DNA from: Monocercomonoides exilis PA203
Taxonomy: Eukaryota; Protista; Preaxostyla
Direction of reading: 5' to 3'
DNA: 64,000 nucleotides
NCBI GenBank assembly: GCA_001643675.2
Contig: LSRY02000023.1
Location: 62,001 to 126,000 of the forward strand
Part shown: piece after piece, positions 55,901-64,000 of the stretch
Layout: each line of letters begins with the position of its first letter
Numbering within the stretch: position 1 is the first letter of the stretch
Translations under genes and position numbers: made by a program
The notes under the pieces: generated by a model
Database searches by the model: none
Seen by the model: the letters and a program-made list of their open reading frames with translations, nothing else
What the model was told of the DNA's origin: nothing

Positions 55901-58900
55901 TGTCTCAGTTTTTGCCTTCATACACATTCCTCCAACATCCAAACACCCCGTCATCAACGAATTTGAACTTAAAATAATCTCCTCTTTTGTATTCTGTGTT
56001 CGCTTCAGATGTTCAATCCCATAATTCACGCTCTTGCATGGTGCTTTCTCCAGACCGCAATACACCTTTTCGACACCAGATGCTCCATCAACATACACTG
56101 AGTCAGCAAAGTATCCATCAAAAAATATGAATAAATTGACATTCCAATCACCGAATGCCTCTGTTCTGTCATGTCCAACAATCGAATTGTCCTTTTGATC
56201 GATGCTTCTCATGAAGGCGAATGAAGATTCGTTCACGCAATCAACAAGGGATTCGCACACGAAATACATATCTCTTCCGATGCTGGCCTTGTTGGCTGAA
56301 AACACGATATTGGTGATGGAAAGGGTTGTGGATGACACTTGTGAATCATCCTTGTACTCGATCATGAGAGCACCGCCTCTTCCTCCAGAACTTGTATCCT
56401 CGCTCACAGAGCAGGTGGAGAAGGTGGTGTCACTCGCCGAAAACGTATTGTCAGAGACTGATGAGGCGAATGAGATGCATCCGCCATTGGTGGCAGTCTG
56501 TTGGCTGAACTGTTCTGAGTTGATGTTGGTGATGGTGCAGTTGGCGATGGAGAGGGAGAGGGCAGGGGAGGTGGCAGAGGAGAGGACACAGCTGGTGGGG
56601 GTGGCTGTGGAGGTGATATCGGTGATGTTGGAGGAGTTGAGGGTGAGGGGAGCGGTGAGGGAGGTGAGGTGGAAGATGCTCTGGCTGTTGAGTGCGAGTT
56701 GGGTGATTGATGTGTGGTTGAGAGCGAGGGAGCCAGCAGCGATAAAGAAGAGGGGAGTTGTAATTGATGATGAAGATGGGGTTGTTCCAGTGATGGTGGT
56801 TGTGTTGAGGTTGAGGGAAGGGGAGTCATTGGAGAGGTGGAAGAGGATGGGGGTGATGGAGTTTGTGGAGTTGTGGGCGATGGCGAGGGCAGAAACTGTG
56901 AGGGAACCCTGAGTCTGTTGGAAGAGGGCAGACGAGGCAGATGGATCTGGTGAAGAAGATGTTGATGATGAGGATAATGAAAATGAAGAAAATGATGATC
57001 TTGATTGTGATGACTGTGGATATGAGTTTTGTGGTTGGGGAATGCCGCTGGAGGCAATGGCAGTGGCTATTGTTCCATTTCCTGTGATTATTGTGTTAAC
57101 CGCGCTGAAAGTGAGTGTTTGAGTTGGAACAAATGTTGAACTGAGGAGGGTTAGAGATGCATCTTGGAGGAGGGAAATGAAGCCGGTGAGGGCATATTCG
57201 ATGGTTGCACATGGGGTATGTTGGGGTCTGCCACAGGCATCAGCATCAGTTCCATTGCTAGCCACGATTTTGTTCTGGGCGATGAGAGGAAGCCAGCTGT
57301 TGAACTCAACATTGTCAGCTGTTCCATTATTCCACACTCTATTTGTTGGTGTTGTTGATCCACAATTCTCGAATGGGGATTGTGTAATATCGTTTCCGTT
57401 GAAGAATACATCATTCCCTCTTCCATTTGTAGCTGTGTTTCCATCGAAGAAGCAGAAAGAGATTAATTTAAATCCATTCATCCAATTAAAAGTATATGTA
57501 AAATAAATAGCAGCTCCACCATATTTTACAGAGGCAGTCAATTCATTATTCATAAATTGGCAATCAGTGACTGAAAACTGAGCTGGCTTGGCTTCTGGAG
57601 GATAATTAAATGTTAAAGAACCCGTTGAATCGCTGCCAGTATTTGTAATGCACTTGCATTTCGAAAATAGGAACTGAAAGTTTTCTACAAATTTACCATG
57701 AGAAAAATACCAACCAGTTCCAACAGTACTTGTTATTGAGCATCTTTCAACTTTGTTTTCTGAGAATATACAATTAGCATTGTGTAAACAAGCATCAGCA
57801 CATGTAGCTCCCCCACATCCAGCAGAACAATTTGTGAAATTTGTTTTTGTAATGCTGTTATTCAACAAGTATCGACAGAATATTGCACCTCCTTCCCACT
57901 TACTTGTACAAGAACAATTCCAAAAAGAGCAAGAAATGATTGCAAGATCTCCCATTTTGCAAGAAACAAATAATGCTCCACCTGATGAATAGATACTACT
58001 TGAATCATTCCATTCGCACCATTCGAAACGATAGCTACTCTGGTTGAATGAATCTAATCTTCCGGGAGTTTTTCTTTGAGATTCAGTTCCAATATACTCC
58101 TTTACAGCATTTGATGAAGATCGAGTTTGGTGAAGGAAAGAGGTGTTTAATGCAGAGAGAGAAGTGGATGGGCTGTTGAGGTTTGGGAGGATGGCACCAT
58201 CAATGGGGTTGTGGGCGTGGATGAAAATGGTTGAGTGGATGGAGAGGGATGAGTGAAGAGAGAAGGAGGGGATTGAATTGGTGTTGGTGGAAGTGGAAGT
58301 GGAAAAGGAGGAAGAAATGGCTGAGATGAAGGGATTGAGTGAGTGTGAAGGAAGGGATTGAAGAGATGAATGGGATTTGGGAGAGGAGATGTTGGAGAAG
58401 AGGGTGTTTGAGAGATGGAGATTTAGGTGGATTTTGAGGTGGGGATGGGATTGGTGATGGATGTGGAGAGGGGAAGAGGAAGAGAAAATGGAGTAAGAAG
58501 GGGAAGGAGAAGAGGAAGAAAAAGAAAAAGAAGATGATGAGGATGAAGATGAAGATGAGGAAGATGAAGGAGATGGGGAAAGGGAAGGAGATGGAGAAGG
58601 GAATGGAAATGGGGAAGAGAGGGAAGAAGGAGAAAAAAGGAAGGGCTGGACGAGGGAGATGAAGGAGGAGAAGGAGGAGTGGGAAATAGAGAATGAGGCA
58701 GGGATTGGGGAGTGGGCATCTGAGAGGAGATTATTTGGGGTGGAGAAGAGGGGGAAGGAGAGGATGGCAGGTTTGGGGGTGGTGAGGGAGAAGTTCGTGA
58801 GGGCGAGGGAGGCATGGGCAGAGAGGAAAAGTGGATTGTTTGTGACCGGTTGAACTTGACATGTGGAGGAGATGATGGTGGCATCTGAGAAGCGTCTGCC

Positions 58901-59200
58901 AGTGATGAATGGAAAACCAGCGAGAGGGATAATATTGAGATGGTTCACACACAAAGAGGTGTTGATGATATTTAGACTAGTTTGAGCACAGCAGATGCGA
59001 TTGTCAACTGTATTTTCATCCTCTGCTGTATAAATGCAATTTTTATTGTAATATTTGTTGTTGCATGCTTCAACGCTGATCGTGCTTTCTGGCATCTCCC
59101 AATTCTTCTCTTGTTGATTCTGTATTTCTGAAATATCTCCGCCATTATAGCAGTTAACAACAAGCAACATCAATGCAACAATATTGAATGCAGCTTCCAT
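49976..59200 (-). CDS. Giant receptor-like pseudokinase, third family member C (~3074 aa)
   Basis: Intronless ORF. First ATG at 59200 is followed by a signal-peptide-like MEAAFNIVALMLLVVNC. It has GGA/FxxC repeats, CG...PC modules, Ser/Pro/Thr-rich inserts and a TM. The juxtamembrane region is near-identical to copies A/B, followed by RWKAPE..LWE..PF..GERP. Confidence 0.9.
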   Translation of the reverse strand: MEAAFNIVALMLLVVNCYNGGDISEIQNQQEKNWEMPESTISVEACNNKYYNKNCIYTAEDENTVDNRICCAQTSLNIINTSLCVNHLNIIPLAGFPFITGRRFSDATIISSTCQVQPVTNNPLFLSAHASLALTNFSLTTPKPAILSFPLFSTPNNLLSDAHSPIPASFSISHSSFSSFISLVQPFLFSPSSLSSPFPFPSPSPSLSPSPSSSSSSSSSSSSSFSFSSSSPSPSYSIFSSSSPLHIHHQSHPHLKIHLNLHLSNTLFSNISSPKSHSSLQSLPSHSLNPFISAISSSFSTSTSTNTNSIPSFSLHSSLSIHSTIFIHAHNPIDGAILPNLNSPSTSLSALNTSFLHQTRSSSNAVKEYIGTESQRKTPGRLDSFNQSSYRFEWCEWNDSSSIYSSGGALFVSCKMGDLAIISCSFWNCSCTSKWEGGAIFCRYLLNNSITKTNFTNCSAGCGGATCADACLHNANCIFSENKVERCSITSTVGTGWYFSHGKFVENFQFLFSKCKCITNTGSDSTGSLTFNYPPEAKPAQFSVTDCQFMNNELTASVKYGGAAIYFTYTFNWMNGFKLISFCFFDGNTATNGRGNDVFFNGNDITQSPFENCGSTTPTNRVWNNGTADNVEFNSWLPLIAQNKIVASNGTDADACGRPQHTPCATIEYALTGFISLLQDASLTLLSSTFVPTQTLTFSAVNTIITGNGTIATAIASSGIPQPQNSYPQSSQSRSSFSSFSLSSSSTSSSPDPSASSALFQQTQGSLTVSALAIAHNSTNSITPILFHLSNDSPSLNLNTTTITGTTPSSSSITTPLFFIAAGSLALNHTSITQLALNSQSIFHLTSLTAPLTLNSSNITDITSTATPTSCVLSSATSPALSLSIANCTITNINSEQFSQQTATNGGCISFASSVSDNTFSASDTTFSTCSVSEDTSSGGRGGALMIEYKDDSQVSSTTLSITNIVFSANKASIGRDMYFVCESLVDCVNESSFAFMRSIDQKDNSIVGHDRTEAFGDWNVNLFIFFDGYFADSVYVDGASGVEKVYCGLEKAPCKSVNYGIEHLKRTQNTKEEIILSSNSLMTGCLDVGGMCMKAKTETIVEIECQSDISGSEGECVLKSTSLTEMEFIGIVVPSSFSRTISTVIESSTQNGELHMKNCAMSVIGGKQNTIGFFLIKSTGKMVELDTVRISDVKSTVSLFSLSLSSANMNDHEYKVKLLNCTLQRLEIDSTTTVDGKAAVFGESVGVGLVMNGSTIEGAVSEKSKEGGALKIVLSEGGYVALENSSLTGCICENMSEGGKGGGIYLNCSSHEGEFQLSSIKFSGCSATVGKNMFVKCGNLVNSVNTERFAFDCSGYKDDGNAFVGEDGIYGEMDLRIFLVSLKWVIVSVSTDGHDTLGCGSEVFPCQSMKSGIDHIDRNGTEGERKVKVRDEGTIEDIYSFSDALVIDGCVNEGDEIKHRPIHFEGTIKGNSESSSVISSTSSLILLSLKLQIPSQFISNMNKLISSSGVLQLKNCSFEIQSSMDIIQYSLITTTTGSCTLKECSFADCSFAKSPLMISSSVLFENNNFSNITNTGSGEGGLARVTLKNDEDLVIKSTNASSCSLSEINGKGGFLYLDCQNCLNEKPFLFDIGITFENNNATIGKNVFILGKDLNSSVTNDSFKFDYSSMTNDGNLFVGSDDFHDEKDLFMFLIPYSSFEIFISSEGYDAARCGSEEEPCFTMWKGMENMEKGIGNKTIQIEGSTFIRDSYDLSNYQIKKASFMGEENTKAILNFEKSIGSQLEYFMENDDHLELTNIQLQLSSGFDNSAKTIISNKGGDLAIRKCSFHSEAGMNNGFDCVFVDAIGGSVEVNDLSIESCNVGNSIFVINNAGITCHFLNVRMESLNESRGCLLLIKGPELTTKINEGGEEMSLNIDNSSISGVKRSDNGASILESKSEKKIDLAVKESYITGDKAEESEKGGAVFFTLGASGSMKMIDSTISHCSSSINSGKGGGVYLATKETGVLNFTFVGMKFSANTAKVGNDIFIECFNISSQINEIQFRFDLRENHYSRINAIYGRDESDYPIDTDLIEFVTIHQSDTIIVSSVNGSNEKQCGTNTLPCYSIDHGLMHLTSDFMSVMIIVEESEIGGEIELNEMRVSSKSRVICKVEVKSEIESTREALVTTAGTVSLVRVSFVFDSDFISSHESLISPEGGILEIMNCSFTTKQSNEEGNPAFASIPFHIINMEKGELQLDGCTMSNLILHESALYLSSQLLSVIYLLSICNLTISHSLIEIIECGQLNVDRLFVENITVEGNDELLISCLSMKKTMQLTNCTLNNTNSKTTKGKLMKLENCSDVKMDICVFDGSSKERNKRYLNKEEEEICRWHGSLVDEANSSVMMKDTTISNSAGGGITMSGGNVIIEKGEFLNNNPSIDGYPSLRRNVICSDSGTLNVMSLKGGDGWKDNASLWMLNDGCSFEGIASERDSSFFIPVLESVEAKKETDRLKLKFKGLLLIPCNLSFSVVKRKGEEKEIEKHEFDENGFLSEREIEGSMGKDLISNCGNEIEVSACILFGNSNSPSSTNSFILRNRTEPEPKGDERIAEGNKKGKFSWALVVILIFAVLFVIALIGFIIFVVRWRKQKRRTKELEIIVEDTVKKDPKLIEMMTMEMSPEEQWRRAEREAEKKNEENAKRRMCGKKMAHSESEEYLLSESGSTEYILGKDSDKIPEWALEKVEEKEIEEEETRKRSPSPSISSTSTTDTSDTDTTFVRSESLCPTTSSMSNLVDAMACSCPYEKLIVDLRDSLFMLLHGRNEKKEMAIGTLQQREQTAAQILLWTVNGALHSFDEMENTLSSLVNLSPHIVLFSEHMVICIALHSDFSSDDSDSSSISSATIVSSSSSISVVGERFTGSPPPSSAFEDDEDNKLESLRWKAPELQMNKKMGATKESVVFSIGMMLWECLTLEVPFREFEADVAGQKIVTGERPSLCVIGTSIFHDVVKGCFSAQDTSRPSLNALKRELAQRISEAFTLTVSDAIILNESLEKEDENRENLSKSFYFIQTINEKARIDKDELQISSKCQNVLLNTQ

Positions 59201-59862
59201 GTTGGCTGAGCACCCCACCACTGAAGTGGATGGTAGATAAAAACTCAAAATTGTAAATTCCTGCGCCCATATTATCTTATTTTTCCTTTTGATAAGAAAT
59301 ATTTCCTACACGCAATAGTCTTTTTTGAATTCTTAATTGAAAAAATGATAATAATAAGAAACAAAACAAATGTCAGTCATTTCAAAAAAGAATAAAAAAC
59401 TCATTTGAATATTTTTTTTCTCAATTTATAAGTATTTCAAATGATTTGTGTGTTGTTATGAAATTATAGACAGATGAAGTGTTTCTCTAAAAAAATACTT
59501 ACATAAAATCATTGAAATGTGTATTTTAGTTGAGTTGAGTTTCCGCTTCGAAAACAAGAAATAACTGTCTCTATTCCAATAATTTAATTATAAAAATTCT
59601 GCAAGAAAATAGAATAATTCAAAAATATATTGCAATATTTCAATTTGTGTGTTATATTATGAATTTCATTTCTAATAAACATGTATCTCAATTTCCCATG
59701 TGTTGAATTTTGGCTTCAAGTTCTCATCATTATTCATTGTCAATATACTTTTCTAATCAAAAAATTTTGTATTGACTTATTATCTGGAAAAATTATTATT
59801 AAAATTCTATTTAATAAAATTATTTTATAAAGACTTTACGATTTTTTGCTCAAAAAATATTT

Positions 59863-60120
59863 GGGTGATTATTTTTGAAATCATTTTGTTTTTCGGTGTG
59901 TCAATTTTTAAAGAGCTGTTTGTCATTAAGAAGAGATTTTGGATTCAAGTTGCAAATTCGTCACAACTGCTTTAAAAACAATTGTTTGGCACAAATAAAT
60001 TTGAAAATGCATGTTTAAATATTTTTTTTAAATTTTTCATTGATCTATTGTAGATTTTTCAGGGAAATTTTCGAACAAAATTTTTTGAATGAAAAAATAT
60101 TTCTTCAAAAATGATCACTC
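59863..60120. mobile_element. MITE family 2, copy C (258 bp)
   Basis: GGGTGATTATTTTTGAAATCAT ... TTCAAAAATGATCACTC; flanks ATTT/ATAT. Confidence 0.65.
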
Positions 60121-60391
60121 ATATATGTTTATTTCCAAATTATAACACTCTAACAAAAAAAATGTTTTAAATAATGAAGTTAAAGATAATATTGATTTGA
60201 ACTGAATTAATGAAAGAGCAATATTTCGTTCCAATCATTTTCGACAAAAAAATTAAAATAAATATTTTATTCAAATGGACAAAAAGTTTTTTTTTGAATA
60301 AGTCGAAAAATCGAGTAAAAACTTTAGAAGTGTTGTGTGGAATAAGATTTTTTAAGCGAAAAATGTATTCACAAATATTTCTATAAAAAAT

Positions 60392-60658
60392 GAAACACAA
60401 TATTTGACTTCGGGCATTTTCATTGAAAAAGTTAAAACTTTTCATTGACTTTTTGAGATCAAAAAACACAATAAAAATATGTCTATTTTTAACATTAGTG
60501 AAATGTTGCAAAACTCTCTGTTTTGATTTCAACGATACCTATTTTCTGATTTTAAAATCAAATTTATTTTGAAATCTGAGAAAGCGAAACAAAGTTATGA
60601 GTGAAACTATTTTTTTGTGCTTTGTGCAAAAAAAGCTTGAAAGTCCGTATTTTCCCCC
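60392..60658 (-). mobile_element. MITE family 1, copy 2 (267 bp)
   Basis: Reverse complement of 43660-43926; AAAT on both flanks (ATTT on the element strand); one TIR decayed. Confidence 0.75.
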
Positions 60659-60938
60659 AAATGTTTTTAAAAACACATTTTAAATGCAAAACAAACAATC
60701 TCTTTCCATTCTAGAATTAAAAAGACCAATATTAGTTGAATTTCTTTTTTTTTTCAATCGTAATTCACGAACAAGCATTAAAACAATGTCAACGGCTTTT
60801 CAAATCGCTGAATTCCAATAAAACAATGCCCTTTCTTAAAAACTTTTTAAAAATAAGAAGACTGGTTATTTTACAAAAAAATTTTTTTATTCCACAAATA
60901 TCGCAGATATATGAAACGATAACATTTAACAAACATTT

Positions 60939-61201
60939 GGGTGATTATATTTGATATCATATTTTTTCATTCAAAAATTTCGGTGCAAAAATTTTTTATG
61001 AATATCAATAAACAAAAATCTAAAAGAGAAAAGGCTTATTGAATACATTTACATCTTTGATTCGGAATAACCATTAGTTATTTAAAACAATCATCATGCT
61101 TCTTTTCTTTTGATAAAAAAAAAAAAATTTCTTTCGAAAAACTGACAATCTTAGAAAAATCAACACCCCGAAAAAAGATATGATTTCAACAATAATAACC
61201 C
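60939..61201. mobile_element. MITE family 2, copy D (263 bp)
   Basis: GGGTGATTATATTTGATATCATA ... TATGATTTCAACAATAATAACCC; ATTT on both flanks. Confidence 0.7.
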
Positions 61202-61448
61202 ATTTATCAGATCAAAAGTTCAATACTCATTCATATATATATATTGATTACGCGTATTTGAATAGATAACAAAAAAAAGTTAATTTTTTAATAAGATCAA
61301 AGAAGCCATTATAAATATTACAAGTCAGTTTTTTTGTTTTAATTTTGATATTTTGAAATAATGGAAACTCAATCAAGGTTTATTTTACCGACGTATGAAT
61401 GTATGCATTTTATTTAATGTTATGAATGTTCAATATCTTTGTTAATTA

Positions 61449-62438
61449 ATGCTAGCGGATGAAACGGTTGCTTCACTTCCTAGGTACTTTACTCAGTCAG
61501 ATATCGCTCAACACAACAGTGCATCAGATTGCTGGGTTTCCTATTTAGGAAAAGTACTAAATTTGACATCTCTCATTGAAAAGCATAAAGATTCACGTTT
61601 GGTAATTAAAAATACGTTTAAAATTATGATTAAATGTTTTGGAAAATACTGTTCAGCCGCTGATATAGCTCCTTTTATTGAAGCTGCAGGTACTGACATT
61701 TCGCATTGGTTTAAGCCAAAGAGTGGGGAGGTTTATTTTTTTAATTTTTTTGAATACAGTTTTAGCGACAATTGAATTTTCTATGTAAATATTTTTCGTT
61801 TTTAGTTTCGTACGATGGATGATCCTCAGTCCGGACTTCAAAAGCCATATACTCCTTCAGGTGAAGTTCTTCATGTTCTTCCTCCGTTTGCGTCCTCTTC
61901 ACAACCTTCTTTCTTATTATTTCTATCAAATTCAATCATTTATTATTTTTGCTCTATGAAAACGAATAAAAAATGATATCAAAATAGCGTCCCTCGAACT
62001 GATTTGAAAATTGATTTCGAAGAGCCGTGGTACAAAGATCCACAATTTCAGGTTGGATTTGTCACCAAAAAATCACGAAAAATTCGTTTGAAGAATATGC
62101 TAACGAAAGATGAACACGTACTCGAAGTATGCTGCGAAGAAACACTTGGACAAATACGTGCAAGATATCTTGCACGCAATGCACATGCACACAGTTATAC
62201 TTGGAAACATCTTCGAAGAGTTTTAGACATGACAAAAACTCTGGATGGTTTGTAAATAGTTGTTTTAAAGATGCTTGTTGATAAAAAAATCTATTATGAA
62301 TAATATTTTAATTGTGACATTGATATAGAAAATGGTATTCTTGATGAAGATGAGGAATATGCGCGACTTGGAATGGATAGAGATGATTTTATACCTACTC
62401 TTCACTTGTACTTCAATGATGATCTTACAGAAGCATAA
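61449..62438 (+). CDS. CYB5D1: Cytochrome b5 domain-containing protein 1 (flagellar); join(61449..61596,61657..61730,61806..61885,61988..62247,62329..62438)
   Basis: RYFT..IAQHN...DCWVSYLGKVLNLT, AGTDISHWF, PW..D..GFVTKK.R.IR.KNMLT..EH.LEVCCEET..I..RYL..NAHA.SYTWK and a C-terminal LHLYFNDDLTEA*. Four GT-AG introns with consistent phases. Confidence 0.9.
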
Positions 62439-62523
62439 AACAATTTAAATTAATTTGATTTTTTAGCCTTTTTTCTTTATGCATTTCGCTAGATTTTTTG
62501 TTTAATCATCCCATTATTTAAAA

Positions 62524-64000
62524 ATGCCTTTTCACAAAAACTATGACTTTCTTTTGGAACTCCTAAAAGGACATGATTGGCAAAATGACTCGGACATCAT
62601 TCAACAAAATTTATGTAATAAAATAAAAGATCATTTTTTAGCTAACGAAAGGCAGTTGACGAGAAATGAACAAGAGAAAGTTCATATTTCAGCAAAAATA
62701 TTTCTAATTGAAATTGGAATTAATTTACCGTTTCAAAAAGTGCAACATTATGGCAATTTTTTATTTTATGCTGTTGAGCAAAATTTAATTTTGTTTAATC
62801 ATTGCCTTGAAACTATTGAGGTTTGTTTTTATTATTTTCAACTATGATTGCTCATAAGCTTGTCATTATAACATATAATTAAAAAACATTTAAAAATGCA
62901 TCAAATTCATTGCGTTCTAAAAGTTGGCTTGTTTTGTTAGGCATGATCCAACGAATGTATTTCGAATTTTTGAAGAACATTGTGATCAAATACGCCGTTT
63001 TGAATCTTCAGGTGCAGTTGCGCACAATCAAATAAGTCCATGCTTATTACGGACATGCACTTTGCTTGGAAATAGACTTGGTCCTCAAATCTATGGGCGA
63101 CTTTTGACCTTTCTTTCGTTCATTTTTCCAATGGAAGAAAGATCAGGTGTAAACATCACTGGAAGCTTTGACGAGCACAACGAAACATTTATTGATGATA
63201 AAGAAGAATCGTCTTATGGGAACTATGACGATTATACGAGTTTTTGGAAATTGCAGTCTGTATGTGCGAATCCAACATCCATATGGTCATTGAAAGACAA
63301 GCAGTCCCGAAATTTCGAGTATGAGCAAAGAGAACTAACGTCGAAGGCGCTGGAAGCTATCCGCAATTCGTTGGGGGTTATGGAGCAGTCAGAAGCGCAG
63401 GACGACTCATTAAGCCACAAAGTGACGCAGACACAGCAAAATCCAGAGGCCAAAAGAAAAGAACTGAGCGACAAGATAAAAGCAGGCATGCAAGCTGAAT
63501 CAACTGCACATTCAGAAGGAGAAGGGGAAGGAGAAGAAGATGATGGAAAAGGAGAAGGACACCAAATGGCAGAACAGATGGCTCATGGGGAAGAAAGCGG
63601 TACATTGCTACCTCCGCGAAAGAAGAGGACAAGAGGATCAAAGTCAACAGAAGAAGAAGAAAGAAAGAAAAAGAAAGAAAAAGGAGACAAAGAAGAAGAA
63701 GAAGAAGAAGAAAAAGATGATGATGATGACAAAGATGACAGCAATAATGAAGGAGATAATGAGAAGTCCCAATCGATGTCGCTTCCTCTCTTTGAAGGGA
63801 AGTGGTGGGAGCGTCTTGGCTTCCAGCCAGCTGTGACTCGTTTGTGTGCAGAGAAGCTTGTGGAAGCAGCAGAAGAGACAGCAAAAGAGGCAGAAAGCGA
63901 CTTTTTGAGCGAAGTGGCTGCGGCAGCGTCGACGAGGAAGAAGAAGAGGAGAGGAAAGAAGAATGCATGGAGAGAGGGGAGTGGAGAGGTGAAGGAGGGG
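62524..64000 (+). CDS. THOC1: THO complex subunit 1 (THOC1/Hpr1), 3'-truncated by the window; join(62524..62820,62924..>64000)
   Basis: An open frame absent from the ORF track (no stop in the window) reads LLRTCTLLGNRL..GRLLTFLSFIFPMEERSGVNITGSF..NET and YTSFWKLQSVCANP. These match the THOC1 motifs LLR.CN.LLRRL..GRI..FL..FPL.E.SG.N..F and Y..FW.LQ..F.NP. Phase-0 GTTTG..AAG intron. Confidence 0.75.

Noticed and set aside
43660-60658. Composite transposon bounded by the two family-1 MITEs
   Set aside because: Each copy has its own flanking 4-mer pair. The outer flanks (AGAT/AAAT) are not a convincing shared TSD in AT-rich DNA.

Overview
Eukaryotic protist DNA with short GT-AG introns (mostly GTTTG donors) and the standard genetic code. 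Gene families and style resemble an oxymonad such as Monocercomonoides (inference from recall, not a search). Bases 1-35740 form a giant inverted repeat with arms ~1-15910 and 19800-35740. Each arm carries a ~2790-aa single-pass receptor (Pmp/beta-helix-like Cys-rich ectodomain, TM, pseudokinase) and ~7.4 kb of stop-ridden gene-like sequence. The 3.9-kb spacer holds two diverged, convergent paralogues that share an identical predicted first exon lying in the arms. The two receptor copies differ in discrete patches while the non-coding arm DNA is almost identical, and one copy shares TM/tail variants with a third 3074-aa family member (49976-59200). This points to segmental gene conversion diversifying the receptors. 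Housekeeping genes are GRP94, a DEDDh RNA exonuclease, CYB5D1 and THOC1 (runs off the window). The AT-rich 43-50 kb and 59-61 kb regions contain a decayed Merlin (IS1595-like) transposon with intact TIRs and 8-bp TSD. They also contain a 2.5-kb non-autonomous element (151-bp TIRs, 8-bp TSD) carrying a captured receptor-gene fragment ('Pack-Merlin' candidate), and six ~260-bp MITEs of two families with ATWT target duplications.
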